Part shown: positions 49,616 through 59,843 of the stretch, in pieces
Layout: each line of letters opens with the position of its first letter
How positions within the stretch are numbered: the stretch's first letter is position 1
Notes under the pieces: model-generated
What the model was told of the DNA's origin: nothing
Database searches by the model: none
The model's input: only the letters and a program-made list of their open reading frames with translations
Source: Promethearchaeia archaeon
Lineage (GTDB): Archaea > Asgardarchaeota > Lokiarchaeia > Sigyniarchaeales > SOKP01
Assembly (NCBI GenBank): GCA_029856145.1
Contig: JAHQWK010000001.1
Location: forward strand, 512,001 to 576,000
Direction: 5' to 3'
Length of the DNA stretch: 64,000 bases
Program-made: the position numbers and the translations under genes

Positions 49616-51214
49616 TTGAAAATGACTCGTGGATATTTTGGTTTAGTTTTACATGGACATATTCCATGGTGCAAAAAATCCGGAACTTGGCCTGCAGGTG
49701 AAGAATGGCTCCTGGAGGCTATGAATGAGACATATATTCCTTTTTTAAATATTTTAAGGGAATTAAGGGAGAATAGAATAAAAACAGCTATTACGATTAA
49801 TATTACACCAATCTTGGCTGAACAATTAGCAGATGAATATATGAAACATCGATTTTCAGAATATATGGAAGATTTGATCTCAAGGGCAAAAAAAGACATT
49901 AAAAGGTTTGAAAACCATCCTGAGAGAAAGAAAATATCAGAGTTTTATCTAAAGAATTTTGAGTATGTATTAGATACTTTTTATCACAATTATTTTAGAG
50001 ATACTTTAGGGAGTTTTAAATGGCTCCAAGATGAGGGGATGATTGAATTAATAACATGTGGCGCAACACATGGTTTTTTACCACTTTTTGAGAGCGATTC
50101 TGGCATTTTTTCACAGATTCAGCTTGCTGTTGACACTCATAAACAGTATTTCCAAAAAGAACCTAAAGGTATTTGGCTTCCTGAATGTGCTTATAGACCA
50201 AAAAAATATAAAGATGGAAAGCTCCGAGAGACTATTGATTATTGGTTAAATAATTCTAAAATAGAATATTTCTTTGTAGATTCTCACGGAATATTAGATG
50301 CTGAAATTATAGAGCAGAAGAATGATATAGGATTAAATATAAATTTTGGTTATAATTTAGAGACGGGTGTATCAGTGTTTGGTAGAAATAAAAAAACAAG
50401 TCAACAAGTTTGGGATGCAAAGATAGGGTATCCTGGTAGTGAATATTATAGAGAATTTCATAGAAAAGATCATGAATCAGGATTATATTATTGGAGAATT
50501 ACTAGCAAAGAATTAGGAGAAGGGGAAAAACAACTATATAATATTGAGAAGGCAAAAAAAATGGTCAAGTCCCATGCTAATCATTTTGTTTCATTAATTT
50601 CTGAAGAATTAAATCAATTTTCAGAAAAATATGGACCTAAAGGAATTATAATTTCTCCCTATGATTTTGAGCTCTATGGTCATTGGTGGATGGAAGGTAT
50701 ACCTTGGCTAAAACAAATATTTGAATTGATTCAATACCATGAGGATATAGAATTGATCAATATTAGCGATTACATATCTAAATTTAAAGACTATTTTTCA
50801 GTAATTAAAATGGGTGAGAGCAGTTGGGGAGAAGGGGGTCATTTTCAGGTTTGGAAGAATCCGGAACACAGTTGGATTTGGCCATATATCAATGGTTCAA
50901 TTAAAGAGTTTGAAAATGTTTTAGAAAATATTCCCAATCCAAATGATTGGGAAGAAAGAATTCTTAAGCAAATCGCACGGGAACTTATTTTAATGGAGGG
51001 TAGTGATTGGCCATTTCTTCTTTACACTAAGCAGGCAAAAGAATACGCAAATCAAAGATTTCACCATCATCACCAAAGATTCAATAAATTAATCTGGGCA
51101 GCTAAAGACTTTAACGATAAGAATCGGTTAACTTTAGAAACTCTAGAAGAAATTAAGTCTATTGACTCTTGCTTTCAAGATATTAATATTAATTATTTTA
51201 AGAAAAATAATTGA
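49616..51214 (+). CDS. GH57 1,4-alpha-glucan branching enzyme
   Basis: LHGHIP, THGFLPL, WLPECAY, YDFELYGHWWMEG, SDWPF. Confidence 0.93.
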   Translation: MKMTRGYFGLVLHGHIPWCKKSGTWPAGEEWLLEAMNETYIPFLNILRELRENRIKTAITINITPILAEQLADEYMKHRFSEYMEDLISRAKKDIKRFENHPERKKISEFYLKNFEYVLDTFYHNYFRDTLGSFKWLQDEGMIELITCGATHGFLPLFESDSGIFSQIQLAVDTHKQYFQKEPKGIWLPECAYRPKKYKDGKLRETIDYWLNNSKIEYFFVDSHGILDAEIIEQKNDIGLNINFGYNLETGVSVFGRNKKTSQQVWDAKIGYPGSEYYREFHRKDHESGLYYWRITSKELGEGEKQLYNIEKAKKMVKSHANHFVSLISEELNQFSEKYGPKGIIISPYDFELYGHWWMEGIPWLKQIFELIQYHEDIELINISDYISKFKDYFSVIKMGESSWGEGGHFQVWKNPEHSWIWPYINGSIKEFENVLENIPNPNDWEERILKQIARELILMEGSDWPFLLYTKQAKEYANQRFHHHHQRFNKLIWAAKDFNDKNRLTLETLEEIKSIDSCFQDININYFKKNN

Positions 51215-51350
51215 AACTCATTTCAATATTTTAATTTTGTGTTATTATCCCTAACATACCTAAATATCAATTCAATTTAAATTAGTTCACGTGAATTATG
51301 CATATTCACTAAATTTAAATTTGTTAAAAAACTTATTTAGAGATGATTAG

Positions 51351-52064
51351 ATGGAACCAATAGAAATTCTCAATGGCGTATTTAGCATATTATTTGTTGT
51401 AATTTCTTTGATTGTTGGTTTAACAATTATAATTAAATATTTCGAGTATAAACAAAGAACTCTTTTATATTTTGGGATTACATGGATAGGATTAACCTCA
51501 CCCTGGTTACCTAGCTCAATTTCATTTTTAAAAGCATTATTCACAGGGATTGGACTCACTCCTCCTATTTATTTTTTAATAGGAAACGTTGCGGCTCCAA
51601 TTATATTAATAATTTGGATACTAGGCTTTACAGATCTTAAATATAGGGATAAAAAAAAGATATTTGTTATTGTGTATGCAATAATTGGAGCTGCTTTTGA
51701 GATATATCTTATATATTTCATTTTGGTTGATCCTAATGTTATTGGTGAAATATCTGGAATTCTTGATGTACAATACAAATCTGTTGCTTTAGTATATGCT
51801 CTTTTTATAGTTTTGAATTTGCTTATTCCCGGTATTTTGATTGCTAGAGAATCTATTAAATCAGAAGATAAAGAAATTAAACTAAAAGGAAGGTTTTTAT
51901 TAGCAGCATTTATTTCCTGGACAATAGGAGCTATAATGGATGCTGCATTACAGCCAAATATTATAACATTAACAATCGCGAGATTAATACTTATCTCAAG
52001 TGCATTAGAGTTTTATACTGGTTTTCTATTGCCTGAGAAGGTTAAAAAAATCTTCTTAAAATAA
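51351..52064 (+). CDS. Stand-alone seven-TM membrane protein
   Basis: Seven hydrophobic segments and no soluble domain. Confidence 0.75.
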   Translation: MEPIEILNGVFSILFVVISLIVGLTIIIKYFEYKQRTLLYFGITWIGLTSPWLPSSISFLKALFTGIGLTPPIYFLIGNVAAPIILIIWILGFTDLKYRDKKKIFVIVYAIIGAAFEIYLIYFILVDPNVIGEISGILDVQYKSVALVYALFIVLNLLIPGILIARESIKSEDKEIKLKGRFLLAAFISWTIGAIMDAALQPNIITLTIARLILISSALEFYTGFLLPEKVKKIFLK

Positions 52065-52067
52065 AAC

Positions 52068-52080
52068 TTTTTTTTTTTTT
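52068..52080 (+). terminator. Oligo-T terminator
   Basis: T13 run right after the stop codon, between convergent genes. Confidence 0.5.
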
Positions 52081-52117
52081 GAATAAAATGAAAATTATCA
52101 TGTTATGATTATTAAGT

Positions 52118-52666
52118 TTATAAAATGAATATGGCTGCAACAACTACTGCTGCCCATTCGTCTTCTTCTCTAACAGTAGCATCAGCAGTAATGCTTTTTG
52201 TTTCAACTATTTTTCCTCCCATTTTAAACACTTCCCTCTTTTCATCATAATTTAAATTGGGATCAAAAGGAATGCCAAGAGTAGTAGCTAGCATTTCTGC
52301 TGCTAAATCTTCAGCAATATCCCCCACTTTTTCTGGCTTAACGCCAAAAGAATGGTGCTCACTTAAATATCCATATTGTCCCTTATCAGAAGGTTTAGCA
52401 ACACCAATAGAAGCACAAATCAATCGATTATATTCATTAGACTCTTCTCTAGCCAAAACAGCAAAAATAACTTGACCAGGACGGAGTTGTTTTAGACCAT
52501 CTTCTTTATTAGTTTCAATACAATATGGGGGTAAAATGGAAGAAACATTCACTATATTAAACTTTTCAATTCCAGCATCTCTAAGGGCTTCTTCGAAAGC
52601 AGTTAGCTTAGATTTATGAAATCCCTTACCTTTTACTAAGAAAACCTTTTTTGGGACTAATGACAT
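52118..52666 (-). CDS. pdaD: Pyruvoyl-dependent arginine decarboxylase
   Basis: VPKKVFL..G, FE.ALRDAGI..FN.V.VSSILP (S-S cleavage site), YGYLSEHH. Confidence 0.93.
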   Translation of the reverse strand: MSLVPKKVFLVKGKGFHKSKLTAFEEALRDAGIEKFNIVNVSSILPPYCIETNKEDGLKQLRPGQVIFAVLAREESNEYNRLICASIGVAKPSDKGQYGYLSEHHSFGVKPEKVGDIAEDLAAEMLATTLGIPFDPNLNYDEKREVFKMGGKIVETKSITADATVREEDEWAAVVVAAIFIL

Positions 52667-52999
52667 TACTTTATCATTATTTCTTTATATTATTTGATTA
52701 TGGATTTAATATTTAAAGTTGTATTTAAAATTATTTGAAACTTAAATAATACATTAAAATTTTTGACGTTTAAATTAGAAATATTCTGCCTAATTAAATA
52801 ATATAATGCTAATTCTCTATAATATAATAAAATAGGTTATTAAAAAGAATTAAAATGATGAATTAAAGAATTTTTTAAAGTTTTATATAAAATATACTCA
52901 AATAAAGGTTCTATTTTAGATATAATACTACTAATTCAAGACTTTTTAAAAAAATTCAAAAAGATCATTTTAAAATTATTAAAACATTTAATTTTATTT

Positions 53000-53989
53000 A
53001 TGAAAATCCCTCAAAAAGAAGATTTTTTAATAAAAAAAGTTAAGCCTTTCAATCCAAAAAATGTAAAGAATATAAATAATCTTTTGACAGCTCTTAAAGA
53101 TTGTGGTTTCCAAGGAAGAAATCTAGGTTTTGCTCTTGATATCTTAGAAAAAATGGTTTCTAATAAAAATTGTTTGACTGTGTTAACTCTAAGTGGGGCA
53201 ATGGTTCCTGCGGGTATGGGAGAACTAATTTCGGTATTAATGGAATATAATTTAATTGATATATTAATAAGTACGGGAGCTAACCTTATACATGACTTAG
53301 TAGACGCTGTAAGTAATGTAGGACACTATTTGGGAAGTCTTAATGTTGATGATGATGAATTATTTAAGCATCGAATAAATAGAATTTATGATATCTTCCT
53401 TCCTGAAGAAAATTATGATAAAGCTGACATAAAATTATTGGAAATTATTCAATCCTCATTTGAAGAGAAAAAAATTCAAATCACACCTTCAGAATTTCTA
53501 CAAAAAATTGGTAGTAAACTATCAGCAGAGTGCATTCTTTCAATGGCAGCTAAAAAAAACATACCCATATTTGTGCCAGCCTTTTCAGACTCAGAGTTAG
53601 CTTTGAAACTTATAAAATATGATCTTTATGAAGGATATGACTTTCAATTTGATATCTTAGGGGATGTGAAAAAGTTTGGGGATATTGTCAGGAATTATAA
53701 AGAATATGGAACCCTAATAGTAGGTGGGGGGGTTCCACGAAATTGGGCTCAACAAATATTTCCTATGTTGGATCAATTCGATAAAATAGAGAAAATGGGA
53801 TATAATTATTCAGTTCGTATTCACACAGCAATGGAGTACGATGGTGGGCTTTCAGGAAGTACATTTTCAGAAGCGAAGTCATGGGGTAAATATTCTTTAG
53901 AGTCAAAACATATAAGTGTATGGTGTGATGCTACTATAGCTTTACCAATTTTAATCACTGGTTTATTACAGCGGTTAAAAATTATTTAA
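53000..53989 (+). CDS. dys: Deoxyhypusine synthase family protein
   Basis: GFQGRNL, SGAMVPAG, STGANL.HD, GGGVP.N, DGGLSG.T.SEA.SWGK, DATI. Confidence 0.88.
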   Translation: MKIPQKEDFLIKKVKPFNPKNVKNINNLLTALKDCGFQGRNLGFALDILEKMVSNKNCLTVLTLSGAMVPAGMGELISVLMEYNLIDILISTGANLIHDLVDAVSNVGHYLGSLNVDDDELFKHRINRIYDIFLPEENYDKADIKLLEIIQSSFEEKKIQITPSEFLQKIGSKLSAECILSMAAKKNIPIFVPAFSDSELALKLIKYDLYEGYDFQFDILGDVKKFGDIVRNYKEYGTLIVGGGVPRNWAQQIFPMLDQFDKIEKMGYNYSVRIHTAMEYDGGLSGSTFSEAKSWGKYSLESKHISVWCDATIALPILITGLLQRLKII

Positions 53990-54326
53990 TATTATTTAAT
54001 TATCTATTTTATCAATAAATATTTTAATGCTGCTTTCTTTAGTACTTATCACGTTTATAAATAATTGAAATACTTTCGAGAATTAAAAAGAATCTTTAAT
54101 TAAAATAAACTGGACTATTTTTTAATTAATAAAAATTAGATAATCAAATTCTCATTAATAAAAATCTTCAGTTTTAAATTTTACTCATATTAAATCAATT
54201 TTTTAAACTTTAGTAGTTGTTATTGAAATTAGAAACATTTAAATATAGTATAAGTCTTATATCGTATTTGAAAATATACAATAATTTTAATCTATTATAA
54301 ACAAGAAAAGAATAGAGGTTAGAAAA

Positions 54327-54461
54327 ATGAATTCAAACAAAAAGAGTTGGAAGAAAAAATTCGAGGAAGAAGATGAATGGGAAGAAGACGTAGAATATGA
54401 TGATGATGAGGGTATAGATGAAGATTGGGAAGATTATGAAGAAATTGAACTAGATAATTAA
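54327..54461 (+). CDS. 44-aa acidic microprotein (not in the ORF track)
   Basis: GAGGT SD at 54315-54319; MNSNKKSWKKKFEEEDEWEEDVEYDDDEGIDEDWEDYEEIELDN; purine-rich coding-like island in an AT-rich gap. Confidence 0.7.
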   Translation: MNSNKKSWKKKFEEEDEWEEDVEYDDDEGIDEDWEDYEEIELDN

Positions 54462-54644
54462 TAGATGACTTCAGAATAGCTTTAAATTTGTTTCATTTCA
54501 TCTGAAACCTTGAAAATGCATAAATAAGTCAATTTTATTTCGTCGCTATTTAATTTTTATAAATTAAAAATTTAATCATCTTATAACTAAAGATGATTTT
54601 ATATTAAAGGAAGAACATAATATATAAAAATAATTTAGTTAATA

Positions 54645-55943
54645 TTAAGCATCTTCTAATTTTATTACACTATTTAATTCTGTAAACGCTTTCTTTTGTT
54701 TTTGGTCATCAAGTAAACAATCTGTAACCTTCCAAAATCTATATTCATGGTTTAGATAAGCTGGACAGTCTTCTCTAATCTCTTTCTGGCAATCGGTTAT
54801 TTGCCAGCATTGAAAACTAACCTCTTCAAAAAATTTATGAAATCCCTTTGGTAAGTTTTTATATTTAAAATTAGTTTTTTTAAGATATATGTCCAAATCG
54901 TTTGAATTATAAGTATTCCAAAATAATACTTTTTTAGATTTGTTTTCCTCTTGTTTGATAAAATCAAACATTGCTGCCATCGCTTTTCCAGTATATGTTG
55001 TGTCTAAGTTAAATCCTTTTTCTTTCCCTTCTAAATCAAATACAATATCTACCGCATTTTGACTTTTTATTGTTTTGATGCCATATCCAGAACCTAAATA
55101 GCCTTCTATTAATTTAAAATCATTTTGAGAAATCTTGATCTTAGGGAAGCTCTTATCTCTCTTACTTAAGTATTTAAGAGCTTTATTAGCATTTCTAGTT
55201 AAATTGGAAACATTAGCAAGAAAACTTCTATATACTGCTACAGCATAGACTTTAGTTTTTAAGCTTAATAATTTACATCCTGCTACTAATCCTGCTGCTG
55301 TTCCTGTAGTACCTCCTGCTACAAATATAACATCAGGTTCGGGGATTTGGCCTTTTTTAATTTGCTCACTTAGCTCCAAAATTGCTTCTATAAAGCCAAC
55401 TATTCCTAAAGGAGTACCTCTACCAAATAAAGGACTTCCCCCTGGAAGTATAAAATCGTATTTACGGTGGAAAATCCAGAAAAATAAAGTTTTAATAAAT
55501 GTACTTACATCAGTTTTACTAAGATGTAAATTTGCTCCAAAATAATCATATAAAAATAATGAACGTTGGACATGCCAAGTAAGAGGTTGATTAAAAAGAA
55601 ATAAATCACATTTTAAAGGAGGATTTAAATTATTACATAGAGCTACACAAGCCAAACCATGGTTAGTTCCAATGCCTCCAGAAGTTACAATAGCCTTTTT
55701 CTTTTTCTTATTAATTACATTTCCAAAGATAAATTCAAATTTCCTTAGTTTATTTCCTCCATAAATTTGATGATTTTTATCATCCCTCTTAATGAATAAT
55801 TGCCCTTTATGAAAATTAAAATGTTTTTCTAATTCAATTAATCTCTCCACAGGAGTTGGGAAATTAGTAAGTAGAGGGATCCAAGGCACTTTATCCTTCA
55901 GATTCGGAAACATTTTAAATAATAGTGGTTCTCTTTGCTCCAT
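54645..55943 (-). CDS. PLP-dependent ACC deaminase / D-cysteine desulfhydrase family enzyme with C-terminal two-CW-like Cys domain
   Basis: PTP, IKRDD...GGNKLRK.E, GGTTGT, LDTTYTGK; C-terminal CW...C...CPAY...W...C. Confidence 0.88.
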   Translation of the reverse strand: MEQREPLLFKMFPNLKDKVPWIPLLTNFPTPVERLIELEKHFNFHKGQLFIKRDDKNHQIYGGNKLRKFEFIFGNVINKKKKKAIVTSGGIGTNHGLACVALCNNLNPPLKCDLFLFNQPLTWHVQRSLFLYDYFGANLHLSKTDVSTFIKTLFFWIFHRKYDFILPGGSPLFGRGTPLGIVGFIEAILELSEQIKKGQIPEPDVIFVAGGTTGTAAGLVAGCKLLSLKTKVYAVAVYRSFLANVSNLTRNANKALKYLSKRDKSFPKIKISQNDFKLIEGYLGSGYGIKTIKSQNAVDIVFDLEGKEKGFNLDTTYTGKAMAAMFDFIKQEENKSKKVLFWNTYNSNDLDIYLKKTNFKYKNLPKGFHKFFEEVSFQCWQITDCQKEIREDCPAYLNHEYRFWKVTDCLLDDQKQKKAFTELNSVIKLEDA

Positions 55944-56005
55944 ATTTTATAAAATATTGAATTAATAAAAAAATTTTATAAAATGAAATAATAGAGAATG
56001 AAGAC

Positions 56006-56785
56006 CTATAATCTTTTATTTTTATCTTTGACAAATTTTTCAAGTCTTCTCTTAAGATCATCAGATTGACCCGTTAAGATCATGACACGTAATTCTTTAG
56101 CTAGAACTGATTCAATAGAAGCATCTTGATTCTCATTTATTAGTTTTTTTGCCCATTTAAGAGCAAGATGATCTTTTTGTACTATTGTATTAGCTGTACG
56201 TTTAAGAATCCTTCTTAAACCCTCTAGTTTACAGACTTGATTCACTAATCCTATCTTGAGGGCTTCTTCGGCATCAATTTCAGAGCCTAAATACATTAGT
56301 TGCTTAGCTCTTCCCTCGCCAATAATTCTGGGCAATAGTTTGGTAGAGGCATTAGAAAAAAAAAGCCCTACTCCTAACTCTGGGAGCATTATTCGCGTAT
56401 TATTAGCAGCAATTCTTAAATCACAATATAAAAGTTGCTCAAACCCTCCACCTATCACCCAACCGTGAAGACCAGCAACTATAATACCTGAATGTGAAAT
56501 CATTACTCTTGTTAGATCTTGAAAAGCCTTTAAAAATTCAACTGCTTCTACCATACGATTTTTATTAGTGAGTAAATCATATCCATATTTTAAATCTGCA
56601 CCTACGGTAAAGTCTTTACCATTAGCTGAATAAATAATACAAATATCATTATTTTCAGCACTTTCATTAAAAGCATTAATAATTTCTTTAAGAGTATCTA
56701 AATCTATTGCATTTCTTTTCTCAGATTTATTTAAGGTAATTTTTCCAATATCACCTTCTTTTTCATATAATACAATATTTTCCAT
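56006..56785 (-). CDS. Enoyl-CoA hydratase/isomerase (crotonase) family protein
   Basis: F.VGADL, GGGFE...CDLRIA, PE.G.GL, EA..IGLVN. Confidence 0.92.
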   Translation of the reverse strand: MENIVLYEKEGDIGKITLNKSEKRNAIDLDTLKEIINAFNESAENNDICIIYSANGKDFTVGADLKYGYDLLTNKNRMVEAVEFLKAFQDLTRVMISHSGIIVAGLHGWVIGGGFEQLLYCDLRIAANNTRIMLPELGVGLFFSNASTKLLPRIIGEGRAKQLMYLGSEIDAEEALKIGLVNQVCKLEGLRRILKRTANTIVQKDHLALKWAKKLINENQDASIESVLAKELRVMILTGQSDDLKRRLEKFVKDKNKRL

Positions 56786-56833
56786 ATTCAGACCTCCATT
56801 TATGAATGTGTAAAATTCTCTAAATCGTAAATT

Positions 56834-57736
56834 CTATCTTAAAACATATCCATTTCCTTTTTGTTTTATTTTTCTATTTTTAATGAGTTTATCAAAATGC
56901 TTTTGGATCATTATCATTTCTGCAATAATTTCATATTCCTTGAATTGACTATAATTTTTATAAATAATATTTTTCCTTTTAAAATCTATTATCTTTTTCG
57001 GATTGGTTTCAGAAAAATAGGATAAAATCCGTTCATCTCGTTGATAAATTATTGATTTATATTTACTCAGTTCTTCTTTTATTACTTTTTCACCTTCAAT
57101 TATTCCTCTATGACCTGTAACAGCCGTTCTTATATCAAATTCATTTAATTTATTAAGTGATTCTTCAAAATCACTTAAATTTGAGTCAATACCAGCATAA
57201 AAAACAAAATTAGTTAAATCAATATCCGCTAAAAATGCTATTTTAGAATTCAATTCTAAAAATGCACAATGACCGGCTGTATGCCCAGGAGTATGAATAA
57301 CTCTTATATTAAAATCGTTCCCAACTTTAATAATTTGATTATCCTCTAGAAGAGTATCAATTTTAGTGTTCTCAAGTTTTAAACCTTCCATAAGCCATTC
57401 AAATTCTTCTTCTGATGGAGAATTAGAGATTCCATAAAACTCATTAAATTTACTAACATTTTCTATCAGGAATTTATCTTTTGAATGAATATGAAACTTT
57501 GCATAAGGTAATAATCTATTACCTGAAGTATGATCTTCATGCCAATGTGAAAGTAATACATTATTTATAGGATAAATTCTTTTAAGTTTTCTTAAAAGCC
57601 TACTAGAAATACCTGTGTCTATTAAAAAATCATCTATTAGTAAAGAATGTGAATAAGGATATTTACCATATCTAGCTCCTTTTATGAAAACTATTTTCTT
57701 ATACTCTTCTGAAATAGGTTGTATAAAATGCTTCAT
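56834..57736 (-). CDS. Metallo-beta-lactamase fold hydrolase
   Basis: IDTG, SHWHEDH, HTPGHT.GH, TGH. Confidence 0.92.
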   Translation of the reverse strand: MKHFIQPISEEYKKIVFIKGARYGKYPYSHSLLIDDFLIDTGISSRLLRKLKRIYPINNVLLSHWHEDHTSGNRLLPYAKFHIHSKDKFLIENVSKFNEFYGISNSPSEEEFEWLMEGLKLENTKIDTLLEDNQIIKVGNDFNIRVIHTPGHTAGHCAFLELNSKIAFLADIDLTNFVFYAGIDSNLSDFEESLNKLNEFDIRTAVTGHRGIIEGEKVIKEELSKYKSIIYQRDERILSYFSETNPKKIIDFKRKNIIYKNYSQFKEYEIIAEMIMIQKHFDKLIKNRKIKQKGNGYVLR

Positions 57737-57826
57737 TACAATCTAAATTAAATTATTGTACTTTTTAATGATTGGTAAAAACATGAAATTAAGATAATAA
57801 TAATTTGAATCGAAGGGTTTGAAAAA

Positions 57827-57991
57827 ATGTATTATTATTGTCCTAATTGTGCTTCAATGAAAATGCCAAAAGTCTTAAATTATTTTCCACCTAAAACGGT
57901 AAGATGCTTAAATTGTGGATATATTAACGTAGAAACTAAATTTATAAAAGAACATCAACAGAAATTCGCACAACTTCATTACTCTCATTGA
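57827..57991 (+). CDS. 54-aa Zn-ribbon microprotein (not in the ORF track)
   Basis: MYYYCPNC...VRCLNCGY...; two CxxC pairs. Confidence 0.7.
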   Translation: MYYYCPNCASMKMPKVLNYFPPKTVRCLNCGYINVETKFIKEHQQKFAQLHYSH

Positions 57992-58036
57992 AGCTCTAAT
58001 ATTTTCTATTTTTTTTTGAATTTATTGTATTTAGAA

Positions 58037-58213
58037 TTACTTCAAAGCGTAATAACAGCGTTTAGGTGAATAAACTTTTCCTTCTTCCCTTAATTCTTTT
58101 ATTATTTTCGATACTTCCTTCGATTCAACACCAGTTTGCTCAGCAATTTCACCAGGACGTAAAGGCTTATCAGTACTTTTAAATACGGTTAAAACTTTTT
58201 CTCTTGCACCCAT
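58037..58213 (-). CDS. 58-aa winged-helix protein (not in the ORF track)
   Basis: MGAREKVLTVFKSTDKPLRPGEIAEQTGVESKEVSKIIKELREEGKVYSPKRCYYALK. Confidence 0.85.
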   Translation of the reverse strand: MGAREKVLTVFKSTDKPLRPGEIAEQTGVESKEVSKIIKELREEGKVYSPKRCYYALK

Positions 58214-58312
58214 AATTCATCAAATTTTTATGTAATGTGAATAAAGTAATTTATCTTCCTATTTATAAAATTATTTTATATTTAAAAATAAAAACTCAAT
58301 ATATATGATAAA

Positions 58313-59788
58313 TTAGTATGCTTTCGCAATATATACAGTACATCCAGCAGGTTTCTCACATATTAAACATGTTGCAAATTCATGTTTTTCTTCATCAACT
58401 CGTTTTCCACGGACACCTCCTCCAATTTCTTTTTCAACCACTTCAGCACAATGATATGCATTCATATCAATTGAACAGAAACCACAGCAGACTATTTTCC
58501 CCTGTTCAATTGCTTCTTTAGCAGAATCTTTTTCATAGCATAACTCAACTTGAGATTCAAAGTCAATTAATGATTTTTTTTTAATTTCTTTTGTGTAGTT
58601 CTGAGCAATCTCATTAACTTTCTTTTCTAATTCTTTTTCTTTCACAATAAATTTCTTACTATCATGTCTCTTTATTATAACTAATTGACCCTTTTCGATA
58701 TCTCTAGGACCTATTTCAATTCTGATTGGAACTCCACGTAATTCCCAATAATAAAATTTACTTCCAGCAGATTCATCTGACTCATCGAGTTTAACAGTAT
58801 ATTTGTCTTTTAAGATTTCAAAAATTTCTTTAGCTTTAGCTAAAATCGGTTCCTCTTTTCCTTTAAACAAAATAGGAATGATAACAATCTGAACTGGAGC
58901 CAGATCAAAAGGTAAGACTAAACCATTGTCATCTCCCAAATACGCAATCATAGCTCCATAATTCCTACTCTGAGCAGGACCATAACAAGTTTGATAACCA
59001 TATTTCTCTTTCCCATCAGTGTCCACGAACTTTACATCAAATGGTTTTGAAAAGTTTTGACCTAAAAGGTGTGTTGAAGGTAATTGTAGAACTTTTCCTG
59101 AACCCATTAGAGCATCAGCTGCATATGTATGAACAGCTCCTGGGAATTTATCCCATTCTGGTCTCTGAAAAAAGATGATAGGAATACAGCATTCATCTTG
59201 AAGAATTTGATAAGTTGTTTCCATATCCTCTTTAACCTGCTCCATTGCTCCTTCCATAGTAGCAAATACATTGTGCGATTCAATCCAATGAAATTCTCTT
59301 GCTCTAAAGAAAGGTCTTGTCATTTTTCCCTCATATCTCCAAACTTGACATGATAAATATCTCTTAAATGGTAGATCTTTATAACTTCTAATCCATAAAG
59401 CATACATCTTATAAAGGGCGGTTTCACTTGTGGGACGTAATGCCAAACGTTCAGACAATTTACCAGAACTCCCCGCTTCGGTAACCCAAAATACTTCAGG
59501 AGAGAATCCCTTAACATGTTGAGCTTCTAATAAAAAATTAGATTCAGGAATAAGAGAAGGCATTGTTAAAGGGAGATGATCTTTTGCTTCTAGTAAATCT
59601 TCTGTTTTTTTATACATCTTTCTAATTGTGAGGGTCGCCCATTCTCTATAAACAACAAACCCCTTGATATTATATCTAATATCTGCTAATTCTGCTTTAT
59701 TAATTATTTCGGTATACCACGCTGAAAAATCATCTTTTTTCGAAACTGTGATTCCCGTAATAGGAGCTTCTTTTTTCTTTTTAGCCAT
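58313..59788 (-). CDS. proS: Proline--tRNA ligase (archaeal/eukaryotic type)
   Basis: FSAWY.EII..AELAD, LRPTSET, R.REF.W.E.H, HLLGQNFSK, P.RIEIGPRD, C-terminal AKAY. Confidence 0.97.
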   Translation of the reverse strand: MAKKKKEAPITGITVSKKDDFSAWYTEIINKAELADIRYNIKGFVVYREWATLTIRKMYKKTEDLLEAKDHLPLTMPSLIPESNFLLEAQHVKGFSPEVFWVTEAGSSGKLSERLALRPTSETALYKMYALWIRSYKDLPFKRYLSCQVWRYEGKMTRPFFRAREFHWIESHNVFATMEGAMEQVKEDMETTYQILQDECCIPIIFFQRPEWDKFPGAVHTYAADALMGSGKVLQLPSTHLLGQNFSKPFDVKFVDTDGKEKYGYQTCYGPAQSRNYGAMIAYLGDDNGLVLPFDLAPVQIVIIPILFKGKEEPILAKAKEIFEILKDKYTVKLDESDESAGSKFYYWELRGVPIRIEIGPRDIEKGQLVIIKRHDSKKFIVKEKELEKKVNEIAQNYTKEIKKKSLIDFESQVELCYEKDSAKEAIEQGKIVCCGFCSIDMNAYHCAEVVEKEIGGGVRGKRVDEEKHEFATCLICEKPAGCTVYIAKAY

Positions 59789-59843
59789 AGAAAATCATCA
59801 AATATAATATTTAAAAAATTATATATTTTATCCTTGCTTCTGG

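Noticed and set aside
51351-52064. Rhodopsin assignment for the 7-TM protein
   Set aside because: No retinal-binding Lys motif in TM7
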